A stretch of DNA of 55,486 bases, counting the filler, from Sphacelaria rigidula (lineage: Eukaryota), in the NCBI GenBank assembly GCA_964200075.2. It is 4 parts of 4 records of this genome, joined end to end, with 100 filler letters (N's around TTAATTAATTAA, not from the genome) between each part and the next. Parts side by side here need not be neighbours in the genome. Positions count along the whole stretch, not along the records: positions 1 to 13,800 come from CAXNAA020002660.1; 3 more parts are not named here. One strand, 5' to 3'. The position numbers and the translations under genes were made by a program. How positions within the stretch are numbered: the stretch's first letter is position 1; each line of letters starts with the position of its first letter. Shown here in pieces: positions 1-11,500 of this stretch. Below the pieces are notes generated by a model that saw only the letters and a program-made list of their open reading frames with translations, was not told the origin of the DNA and did not search any database.

Positions 1-148
1 GTGTAAGCCGTGGCTGTCTCTGGAAGTGGCGATGCCAGAAAATGAAGCAACTCATTGTAGGCTGTCATCCAAATGCAAGAAAACTAGTACGCTTCGGGCC
101 GAAAATCTCAGCAGGATGCAACTCAACCTTCATGCGACTCGCCGAACA

Positions 149-301
149 CACCTCGGCGCTTCGCGCTTGGTGATTGATTGCGAGCCTGGTCCGGCGAAAA
201 CTCGGCGTGCTTTGTCCCGACTTTGGAGGGATGCGAGGTCAATAATCATATGACTATGGCATGCAAAATCATGAGTACACCACCCTATCGTGGCATGGCT
301 T
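149..301 (+). repeat. Dispersed repeat; terminus of a MITE subfamily sharing the GTGCACCCCTACCGTAGCATGACTC-type end
   Basis: Reverse-complement copies lie at ~10291-10415 and ~13660-13800. It ends in GTACACCACCCTATCGTGGCATGGCTT, resembling the TIR of the MITE at 4584-4838. Confidence 0.7.
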
Positions 302-2989
302 TGCGGTGGATAGTCGGGAACCTCGATACCCCCACGACGGTAGTAGCAGTTTTCGGGATACCTTAGGCACCACTCACTGCACTGTAGGCATTCATGTACA
401 GTCATCGCGTAGATACAGAGACAAAACGGAGAGCGGGTACGGCGCGACTGGCGACTCTACTGCGCCGCCACCTCAAAAGTACTGGCTCCATGATATCGTG
501 CATGCCCAAAACCTCTTGTGTTCCCCCTGAAATTGATGCGAGAACGAAATAACGTGACGATACACCAGACGCGGCGTATGGAAAGTGCAGATTGCATTTG
601 ACAGTTCTTCACTCCGATCAGCAGAGACGGGAGAATGAGTGAGTTACTCCGTCGGTGATTGCAAAACCCCATCGAAATAAACTAAAAAAATGAAAACTAG
701 AAAAATGCAGAAAAGAAAATACCGTGCAGTATATACGATAGCGCGACAGCATCAAAGAAACCAAGACCAAAACGCCGAATCACAAGAACTTATAAAGGTG
801 GGGTATGCAGGGACTCGTGCGAGGCAAACGACCGATCATCAAATGAAAAACAGAGCAATCGTAACCAAACGAAAAAAGCCTCAAAAGCGAGCGGTAAAGC
901 GAGATTCGGAATCATGTCTTCTACGTTGTAGGGGCCGCATGTGTTCTCGGAGCCTCTGATTTGACACCGTGTTTGCGTGGGTTAATATTGTCTTTGTAAC
1001 ACGGGAGGGTACGGGTGGTCCGAGGTACTTCCACCACACAGTTTTGGTGATTAACACAGTGAATCAAGCACCGCGCAGTTACTGTAACCTGCAAAGGGGT
1101 GCAGCACGGGACAAGACACTTGCGGAACGTTTTGCGCGAAAACCGGGAGATGTACCCTTGCGCGGTACCGCGGTCGATGTGCGCTGGGTTTTGCAATTTC
1201 GCGCGGTGCGACGGATAACACCCCAATACCTCAAGGCACCGCGTTATTTTAATGCCGAAGAAGCACCGAGAATGACCCCACCAAATTTCAGGGCAATCGA
1301 GCAAGAACTCGGATATGTTAATATTTGTATTAATCCGTCACCTCACTGCCGAAACCAGTCAGTAACCGGATATGGCGGCATAGCACGCAATGACTGAAGT
1401 GCCTGAGGCATGGGGCATACAGTGGGGCGCACTCCGGGGCAGTTGTACCGTCTCAGGGAACCTATTTTATTGTGCTATTTTTGGCTGCTGCTCGGGCAGT
1501 TTGATCCAGAGATACTTGTTTGTCTCAGATGATTAGGCTAGTCTGTGCCACACTGAAAGTCATCCATTCGACCCCAATCTAAACTCAAGTGGCATGCTGG
1601 GCATGGGGGTGATTTCGTGCTGGAAGTTATCACCCAATAGTCGCCACGCATGTGCCCTGTGTCGTATTCCTCCGTGCATGGGCCACAACCACCAGCACAG
1701 TGGTCAGCACAATAGCCCTCATAGTACCTCAAAGTACAGCAAAAACAGTAGTGGTGTCCACCACAATTGACTACTGGGCGAAATTGTTTAACAGCCTTCT
1801 CTTTTATCAGAAAGAAATATAGCTGGCTAACAGTGGACGTCTGGCAACGGGCCACATACAGATGGCCGCTGGTACATGTTATTGACATTCCATGACGCCC
1901 GTAGGGTATGAACACGTTGGACAACGCGCGAACCGCATGAGTCGAGCTGTAAAACGGATAGTCCAGAACGCAGGCAAGCTTACAACCACTACACGTCACC
2001 GAATCAGGCTGACACCGCCTGTGTTCACAACCCGACTCACTCTGTACACACGTGTTTTACCTTTCCCATGGTCTATCATACCCTAGAGACGTTATGGAAT
2101 GTGGATAGCGTGCACCAGCGACCACCCGCGCAAATTTACTGCTATGGCGAGTGATGTGGGTTTCGTGGATATATTGCTGCTAGTCGGGGCGCCGTGTTAT
2201 AGATGATAAAATCTTTGTTGCTACTATTACGCCAAAAAGGCGGTAGAGCTTGATGTATTGGGAGTGCTATCATTGATGGTTTGACTCTGCTTCAGACGCA
2301 TTTGTTTTTCTCGGGCATTCGACAAGTGACCCCTACTTACTTATCTGACAACGTCCCTAGCACGGGTAGTTAACCGTATTCTTGCTGCGCTCAATATAGA
2401 AATTACGTTCACGATTATGCTTTGCGCTTATAACCGCCGTAACGAGAAGGGTCGCTTTTCCCACCTCGTTCTTTCCCCTTGATCCGATCCTCTCTGACCC
2501 CGCTGTTTCAGGCAGAATCCAGCTGAAGGAGACCACGGCACCAGGGAGTATGGTTACGGGTGGTAAGGACCATATAGATTAGTGGATGTGTTTTTGCAGT
2601 ACGTGAGTAGCGTACAGTTTGTCATATTCCAGCCAGTACTTCGCAGAACTCCCCCTCCTCTATCAGAACAAATTTTATCCAAAAGCAACTCAGCAGCAAA
2701 CGTCTGTTCGGCATCTAATACGAAGCGTCATCAGCTTACCATATCCTTGTCCTCCTTGTGCCACCATTGCTGAATCCACTTGACGTGAGTCTAGGCCTAA
2801 TGCCGTACGGATTCAGGGGTCAAACGGCACGTCCTATTGTGTGATACCTACGCCGGGCTGCAGCTTAGTGCTGCGTCTCACCGTGTAGCACGCTTGCGTA
2901 CCTCTGAGCATCTGGCCATTTCAGGGCCATCCTTGAGAACAAAGGTACTCATGAGTGCGCTACTCCCGATATCACGCCTTCCGGAGTTC

Positions 2990-4400
2990 ACCTTGCTTTT
3001 GAGAGGAGACTTCTGCCAGCGTCGTCGTAAGGTTTAACCGGTAGTACACGGATGGAGTTCTGCGTCGAGGAAACCGCCGCAGGAGTGTTCAATGTACGGG
3101 AAACGTTCGGTAATGAGGCCTGTTGCAAGATGGCGTCGCACGGCGTGACCGGTAGTAGACACATTGAGTTCTGCATCGAGCATGCCGCCTAGGGCACAGC
3201 CAGTATCAGAGGAAACCAGAGCAACAGCGAGAGTGGCAAGCGGACGTCGTTCGATCTAGCCGGTGGTACACGGACGAAGTTCTGCGCCGAATACTCCGCG
3301 ACGGTAATCGTCCTTGTCAGATAAACGCACTGCGTAAACTAGGTCCGCTTCAAAAAGCCGCAGTACGATACGAAGTATAGCCAGTGGTAGGAGGAGCGCA
3401 AAGGTTCGCTCCGAACACGCTACGGCGGGAGAGGTCAATATTGCAGGAAAATAGCGGGGCAAAGAGGGCTACTCCACGTCGCCGCACGACGTAGTCAGGA
3501 AAAGGGAAGAGTTCAGCGTCGAGTGATGGGCTACTCGGTGCAAGTGTCACACGAGGTAGCGAGCAGTAGACGGGTGGAGTCCTGCACCGATCACGTAAAG
3601 GTGGGGATTGCAATGGAAGAAAATCACGGGGTGGGAATGAGGATTGCTTCAAGCAGCCGCTGTACTGGAAGAAGATAGTCAACATGAAGGGGGAAAGCAC
3701 GACGATGAGTAGTGCTCCCAGCTCCCGCGTAAAAAAAAAAGCTAACAGTAAAAAGGGAGGATCTCTGCGCCGAGCACGCCACGATGGGTGCTGTGGACGT
3801 CAAAGACAAAGTTTGCGACAACAAGGGCTGCTGCACACTAGTTTGTCGCAACTTCCGGGTATTTAAAAGGAATAAAGAGAGCGGTTCTGTACAATGCAGC
3901 GCAGGAAGGTAAAATGCCAAGCGGAAGAAGACGTGAACCAAGCGACGCCGCCAGGCGCGGCCTTACAAAGCACAGAGTTGGGAGCGTCGGCTGTGGTGGA
4001 CCGGGCAGACGCAGAAACAGCCGTTGCGGTGGAGTCGCTTCCAGCGCGTGCAGTCGTGTCAGCTCTAGCAACTAAGTCCGTGGCAATGCCAGGTAAGGTG
4101 GCAATGAAACATCACTGTGCAACGTACCAGGGCAGTCCGCCCGGGCGGGCAAAGACGTGTCTCTGGATTCCGGAGAGGGGTGAGCGCTAATGTTCGGGCT
4201 ACAGGTAAATGATGAGGTGGGATGGCACGGCGAAACCGCTGGCTCATGGGATGCCCGTACTTTCATGGTGCTGCTACTGGTAGTAGTACTTTTGAGAGCG
4301 AAATGGAGATGAATGGAATTGCATCGAGCGGTGATTGTGGTGGTACAGGTAGTGGTGGTCGCAGTGCAGACAAAAGTTGTTGGCGGTTTTCGGGCGTGGC
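2990..4400 (+). pseudogene. EsV-1-7 domain (cysteine-rich repeat) protein pseudogene, intronless
   Basis: About 7-9 degenerate ~37-aa repeats between 2990 and 3910, e.g. GLTGSTRMEFCVEETAAGVFNV, CCKMASHGVTGSRHIEFCIEHAA*G and KRTSFDLAGGTRTKFCAEYSA. These match the EsV-1-7 pattern CxxxGCxKxPS(Y/F)GxxGxxxxEFCxxHAxxGMVNV. A low-complexity C-terminal region follows. Multiple stops and frameshifts; boundaries approximate. Confidence 0.8.
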
Positions 4401-4417
4401 ATCGCGATGTTTTGGTT

Positions 4418-4580
4418 GTTGATTGATTGATTGTCGCATTTTCACTGACCGCACCCATGGGTCCAGCCGTGGTTGCATGGTAGACATACCCAAGAAAAGC
4501 AAGACTGACACACTCGTTCAAGAAAACGAAGGAGCAGAAAAAGGTCGAACATAATGACATAGTAGACTAAGACGTAAAAT
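4418..4580 (-). mobile_element. 3' end of a (CAAT)n-tailed non-LTR retroposon (LINE 3'UTR or SINE)
   Basis: The same ~170-230-nt body ending GCGACAATCAATCAA recurs at ~5172-5410, 12324-12362, 16770-16965, 19387-19580, 36131-36356 and 36598-36773. Confidence 0.7.
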
Positions 4581-4583
4581 ATG

Positions 4584-4838
4584 GAGTCATGTTACGGTAG
4601 GGGGTGCACATTTGGGCTCAGATCTTTCTCCTTCAGGGACTCCTCAAGTTACGAGCTACACAAGGGTATAGGTCAGGACGTTTCCATTTCAAATATTATT
4701 CGGGATATCCCTAGCCCATTAGAAGAATAATCGTGGCGTGCTCTCACATATTTCATAAGGCGTCTTCGGGTGGAATAGAGGGCTCCTAACATTCGAATTT
4801 CAGAAAAAAATTCGTGCAACACTACCGTAGCACCGTTC
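4584..4838. mobile_element. ~255-bp MITE with GAGNNATGCTACGGTAGGGGTGCAC-type TIRs (Sola2-like termini)
   Basis: Left end GAGTCATGTTACGGTAGGGGGTGCAC, right end GTGCAACACTACCGTAGCACCGTTC. Flanks TATG/TTTG fit a 4-bp TSD with one mismatch. Homologous to the copies at 27914-29610. Confidence 0.8.
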
Positions 4839-7800
4839 TTTGCCGTGGTGAAGACGGTAAACTTGGTGACAGGAGCGGAAGGAGCCGATGGATTCCAATT
4901 GCTAAAACTGATTTGGGCGCCACTGCTCGGCCTTCCTAGACGAAGTTTCTTTCCCAGGTGATGCTGCTATCGCACATGATATGTGTAGCGTTGGCGGCTG
5001 AGGGTGATGACGCAGGATGCTGGGGATGGTGTAGATCGAGTCGTTCACTGTCCCCCTGAGCCGCTTCGAAAGGGACTCTGTCGACAGTGTAGTATGTGGG
5101 CGGGTGCGTGTGTTTTCCTGGGGGGGAACCACGGTCGCTTCAGCCTGTGCACCATGCGCGTGCAAATCTTCATTGGTTGGTTGATTGATTGGTTGGTTGA
5201 CTGTTGCACACTAACTGATACCCGAGGGACGCAGCAGTCGTCATAAGATAGCCTTACTCAAGGTACACAAGAAGAAACACTCGCTAAAGAACCCTCGAGA
5301 AAGGGGAGCGACAAGGCAAGAACGAGGGACAAACTAAGAGCATAATAAACACGAAAGCAAAAATGCTGCGTACACGGCGACAATGATGTACGCAGCTTAT
5401 ACGTGAAACAAGCGTGGGATTCCATGTTTGAGTTGCCGAGCTGTGTGCTTGTACCATGTGTGTTCTACTAACGTCTGTTCCGAAGGGGGAGACGAGAACC
5501 CGTCACCAGACTTCACCCTCCCCCAGTTTCGGGATCATGCCTTGAAAAGCTACACACATGCCAGTACGCATGGTACGATCAACCGTGCCAGAGTCTTTTG
5601 GTTTTGCCTCGGGGGTCGGAATGGCAGGGTGCTATAATCCAATCGAGTGGGTATTGAGCGCTCGACTCCAGGGGACGAAGTGATGAAGAAATCCCGGTAC
5701 GGTTGTGCGTACCATGCGCGCTACTAACATGTGCCGAAAGTTTTCAGGTAAAAGACTACGAAACTCGGGAGGAGGAGAACGATTTGATTCAGGAGTTTCA
5801 ATTCGGAACAACAACATCCAAACGACCGCGAGTGCCTAACGGGCAAGTCCAAGTGATATTTTCACTAGAGATTAAAGTTAAACTCGACACTCGAATCGGT
5901 GTCTAAGCTCTCCTACTACCGTCAGCGCATGTTGAATATATCGCCACAATCGAAGGGATCTTTTTGGAACACCATCACATACACTGCAAATAGCACTGAC
6001 AATGTCCGTCCGGTATTTGGTGCTGTCGGTTGTCTTGATGGATTTGAGTACATCACTGTCCTATAATAGATTTTCTGCGCAATACGGATCACGGCGTTGT
6101 GTTTCCATGGTTCCGAGCGTCACGTGGCTGTGTATGCTGGACCTACCCCGTGTACAGGGCGAGCGAAGCCGCGGTGAAGGAATCTTACGCTTGTACTGGG
6201 ACCAGTCTGTCAGCAGGTCAAAGGCGTGCCCCGCGTCTTGATATTTTTCTTTTTCTTTTTGACGCCCCCTACCCCTCCCCCGTTATTCCCTTCATGGGGG
6301 AGAATATACATATTTGAACGCCTCACAGTTACAAACGTTACCGCACTAGAATCAGGTACATGACTTTACAGTTCTCCGCCTCATGAGACCACACAAAGCA
6401 TATGGGTGGATCTCAACACAAAACTAACCATTCAAGATATGTATATATATTGAGAGGAAGTAGCTACCAAAAAAACAAGAATTTGATGATGTCATCATAC
6501 TAAGTCAAGTACTGATTTCACACTCTAAGTGAACAAGTAGGTGTCAACACTGCCCTGAGCTTACTTTTAAAGGAAACGAGGGACGTTCTTGTCTATAACG
6601 TGCACGATTTGACCCTTCGACAGCGGTTTTTCAGTCCGAAAACAATAAGGGTAACAAATGCCGCCTCGGGAGCACTCCTGCTGCCGTCGAAAAGACTTCA
6701 GGCACACTTCGACGGTTTTGGTGCACGTACTTTGGTTTACTGGCCGAAGCCAGCAAAAACCATTGAACCTTCAAAATATCAGACGGTGGCTGGCCCTACA
6801 GTATGTCCAAGATGTAATCATGCCCGAGGTGTTCATACTTCTCTAGACGCAGCCGGTAGTTTTTTAATAATCGCGAAAGCCTTTGCAACGATCGACGGGT
6901 CAGGTCGTGTGTTGTCTATTTCGACCGTTGAAACAGCTCCCACACTGCTGCTGCAGCAAACGTAAGCTGGTCCCACGTTCTTGTTTGGTACAGCGTTAAA
7001 AAAACGTTACAGAATAGGGAGCAACTTATACATATAAATATATACACACATATCTTGGAAGGTTGCATTCCCCGCGTGGCAATGCGCGTTTGGCCTTGTG
7101 TCTGCAGGCGAAATACCCGTCGCGTTTGAGGGAGAAGGGGACGTGTGTTACCGTTTTTCTTATGTATGCACTGCACGTGTAGGCACATCGATGAGCAACC
7201 TTGTAGAGCAAGCCCGCCACTACTTCCCCCTTCTGCTGAAACTTGGCACGAATCCACGCGCCTCGGTGCCCTATGTTCACATCACGCGTCCATGACATGC
7301 ATGAACAGCCTCCATCACAACAAACGAGAAAATGCTAAGCTAAGATGTGCCCGCGATCCCAATAAAAGGGGGGGAAACAGCAGGGCCCTGCCGCATGGCT
7401 TCCGCTGAGGAGGCCGCACAGAAACAAAAAAGAAAAACAGATGAAAATAAGAAAGCAAGTAGAGAAGGGGAGAAGGGACGCGGAAAACCGCGAAAGCAAG
7501 CAAGAGAAGGAATCCATGGATACCGCGGATCATACACAGAGATGAAGCTAGGGAACACTAAAGTTGTATATCAAGGAAGTCAACGGTCAATACAACATGG
7601 GGGTATATCAGTTTCCATGCTACTCCCGCTTGCGGTCTCCCCCGCTGAACCCTGATCAGGGACAAAGACGGTAACCCTCTCCGCCATTTACATCTTGGAA
7701 TCGCGCGGACTGTAGCGGATGCTGCTATGCCAGTGAGGCGGCTCTCCTAGTGGTGGACATTAGCACGCCGACCTCTTGCTCGTGACATGGATCAGACTGG

Positions 7801-7929
7801 CATAGCCCTTTGCGTCGCCACGCCTCATTGGCCTCCTCAGTCTCGACCCCTCAGGTATCATTTACCCACTTTCTTTGCGGCGATGACCCAATCTCGCGAG
7901 TTTTCAACCTCCGCGTCGTGGGCAAATCA

Positions 7930-8220
7930 TCTCCTTCGCCCTCCCTTGCGTGGGAAAGCCCCCGAGGCACATGGGTTCTCTTGAAGGTCATCTCCCTAGT
8001 GTTTGGAAAGCCGGCCAGCGCGCGGTCGGATCGTTGTGCGAACAACCCTCCAAACATGACGCGCTTCGAAATATGCATGCGATGCGCTTGGGAAGATATC
8101 TTTTTCATCCTGTTGGACACTGACCCCCGCGAACTAGAGTCTGAGCTTGCGGATGGTCGTATCCAGTACTTCACTCCCATGATCTCGATTGCCGTCAACC
8201 GTACGCCGGACGTATGACCC
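7930..8220 (+). pseudogene. Possible degenerate piggyBac-like transposase fragment
   Basis: Translation LLKVISLVFG...PPNMTRFEICMRCAWEDIFFIL...RIQYFTPMISIAVN loosely follows the piggyBac pattern LKxIGL...PNxGR.MSRxRFEEI...RPLVxxFN. Judged by eye only. Confidence 0.3.
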
Positions 8221-8425
8221 GCCGTCAGATCAAGAATCTTAGGCTGCTAGGGAGTACCCCAAGATAACCCACACCTGGGCTTTGACGTCGCATCAACGGC
8301 AACGCTGCCCGATACTTTGAGTAAATCTCAAAAGTCCTCCGGGCGGAAAGATATCGAGGCCATGCTTCTCTCTAGGCACATCGCGTCGACAACGCCGGAA
8401 AATTCTGCGGTGGCGCGCACCACAG

Positions 8426-8534
8426 TCAAGGCCAACTACCGACCCCGCCGCATGGCCAGCCCAGGGTCGGGCGAGTCCAACACTCCACATCATCGTCTCC
8501 CCATCTCGTGCGTCCAACCAGCTCCAGCCCGGCT
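8426..8534 (-). CDS. RibD_C gene terminal exon
   Basis: Acceptor ttgccag|A in phase 2; reads AGLELVGRTRWGDDDVECW...WP then TGA. Confidence 0.8.
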
Positions 8535-11500
8535 CTGGCAACAGGGTGACGAAGTGTCCGGAAGGGGTGACAGGAATAGCACATGCCCCGAATCAGGTAT
8601 GGACACCATGGTGATACACTCGTTCTCAGCTGGATCACGTTGGCCTGAACGTCTTGGGCTATTTGTCTATTATCGTCCCATGAAATCATCCCATGACGCA
8701 AGGTGTACGTTACACCCGGGCTTTGAGTTTTCAAGGCCTGAAAACTCATTACCCATAGGTGATGCTTGGTGCGAGGACTGATGCAACCTACTCCGGTACA
8801 GCAAGTACTGCAGTCGCCAGTATGTTGAAAAACAAAATGTCAACTCATCACCCGAGGGAGTCACTCCGGGAGTGGCACACAAAGTACGGATGATAGTCAT
8901 CCAGTCCTACGGTACCCCCAGAGTACCTGGTCAAAATAGTACCTTCGACAATTTACCTCCCACTTCTTCCAAAGCATCTTCGAGTTTCCCTGTCCAACTA
9001 AACTTCGCCATGTGTTGTGCCACCACTACTACTACGAACGATCATTCTCAGGTACCCAAATCATTCCATGTACGCGCATGGCACTACACCGATTCTCCAT
9101 TTCGCTTATGCATACGTGGTCTCGTCGCAAGCTTATGTTTAGATCTGCGGTTGGAGATCATCACGAGAATCCATTGACGGAGACAAAAAGTCTGCGATTG
9201 GTCAACACTCGTTCCATCAAGTCAAGATATGTGTCAGGACAAATGGGGCAAGTTGTGGGCAACTGTCTCCATGAAGTACTCGACCAAGAGAACGCTGTTT
9301 CTATATTGAAAGGGTAGCCAGGGAAGAAGGGCGCAGCTTACCTTCGGAGCGTATCACTGTCCATATTCGATGGTACCGGCCGATCAAATTCCATCGGTGC
9401 CCGAACGATAATCGCTCTGTCCACGAGCCCCTCCGACAAGAACAACCTCGCCGTTGTTGGCCCCCCTTCCACCAGCACGTGCTCCATGCCGCGCTGGAAC
9501 AAGGCAAAACGTGTATGCGGTATAGCCCACAGTGTATCACGAGTAAGCTCTCCGGAACAGCGTGCTGCACAGCATGCGGCACTCCGCCAATGTGGATAAT
9601 GGTTTTATAGGCTGTAGAAACAGCATAGAGCACGCCGCGCCGCCGGGGCGTACACCAGCAAGCGATTTACAAAGCCCGTATGTGCATGCTAAGTGCATAA
9701 TGGTCGGCTCGCGATTCTGATCTCTATCGTCATAGGCGTACACGGGTCCTGTTGAGCCGGTCAAGGTACGGAATACGACAGCATCGGAGGGTGGCTCGAA
9801 GTGCTTTTAACAGCAAGCGACGACTCGAATGACACCAAGGCGTTGTTTGTACTTCTCGAGAAGGAAAACGTTCAGGCAATTCCAGCGGGCGCCTCGACAA
9901 CGAGCACGGACGCTGCAAGTGCTGGCCAGATATGAAAGAAGTCTAATTTCTAAATTTTAAGTGTCTTCTCACCAGAGGAACAAACTGCATGAGGACAGAA
10001 TGTGTACGGAGTTCTACGCCCAAGCGGACAATACGAAGGGGATCATATCTTCACTTATCTAGGTGCACCAAGCAACTCAAAATGAATCCATATCTCCTTC
10101 TTGTTGACCTGTGTCATCGCTTCCAAGACGTCCACTAGGCGAACACCGCCGTCCGTCGCATCTGGAGGCAGTCCAACAAACTCCACCGGGGCTCCGGATG
10201 CCTCCACCTGTTCAGAGAATGCGCACGCCCGTGTTTTGCCTCTGCCCCATCCGTCGAAGAAACAAATACGACATCGGAGACAGTTTGAGTAGGGGGGTGG
10301 GGGGGTACTCATGATCTCGCATGCCATAGAAATATATGACCATTTGCCTCGCATCCCTACAAGGCCGGGACGGAGCACGCCGGGTTTTGCCGGATCAGGA
10401 TCGCCGTTTGAGTAGGAGGGGGACTCAGTACGAGCGGGGTCAAGGGGTAGTTTACACATCGGTCAAAACTGGTCATCATTAGACAAATGTTAGCCACGTG
10501 GGGGATTATGTACATCACGTCCATCGCATGACGTCCATCATGGACGATGTCCAGGTGCGGAACGAATGCACGCATGCCACATGATGAAAAATACCTGCTT
10601 ATTTTCCGTCAGAACAATGAACAAGGGAGCAAAAGAATGAGCATTCAACCAAACCGAATTGCGCAGCTTCAGGTATGTGTGCATACCACTTCAACACGTG
10701 CACCATGAGCACCACTACCACCATCATCAGTAAGAGAAGTACCCACTGTTCAGATCCGGTGGAGTAGAAAATAAGGGACGCATTGCCATCTCCAAGAATC
10801 TTGCAATTGGCGACACCCGGCATGCGAAGGCTTCGATCCAATACCACTCTTGTTGGCTGCTTTCGCCCTTCGTCTAGCTGCACCCTTCGAACCTAAGAGA
10901 GGGAGGCACCGATAAGTTCCGTCCCTGTAAATTTAGAGATGCTGCACTGGCGATAATTCCGGAGACATTCCTACAGGTGTTATTATCCTACACAGGTAGC
11001 AAGCGTTTCGTCAGAATCTATTGACACACCCCCAACATGATAAAGTGGTGGCCGGCAGGTAGTGGGAACATAGCAAAAAGGATTGGCTGACAATGTACAA
11101 CAGGGGATTTCCAGAACTGCACTTGATGAGATCGGCAGAAACGCTGCCAAAAACACCCTCTGTTCATGAACTCTAAGCTATAGTCGTCTTTTTCGGGAGG
11201 ATCCCACACGTTTTCTAAATAAATTTGATCAATCCGGACATCATATCGGCCATAGTACCGAATGTGTCACATAGGCTTCTTCAGTGGTTCGGGAACAAAA
11301 GGCGACCACACACTGGATAACGACAGTAGATTACGTAGTAAAAAAAAATCGAGTACTGCGTTAATTGCAATAGACAATAAATTCCATACTGTACGCAGTA
11401 AAATGCAGTAAAATGTTTCGGCACTGTACTCTATTGTCCAGGGTGTCAAAGAGACAGCTGTCAGTGCATGTGAGCGGTACCTTTACTTATATGGTGCGAG

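Noticed and set aside
2090..2575. Solo LTR beginning CGTTATGGAATGT, like the Copia LTR start
   Set aside because: No convincing CA end or TSD found; similarity is limited to ~12 nt.
3000..3910. Repeat-spacer (CRISPR-like) pattern of GAGTTCTGC motifs
   Set aside because: The period is a codon multiple and translates to EsV-1-7 protein repeats.
10500..10594. Extra RibD_C exon (YFSSCGMRAFVPHLDIV...) after a plausible acceptor
   Set aside because: It has no good donor, and direct joining of 10743 to 10207 fits RibD spacing without it. It cannot be excluded without transcripts.
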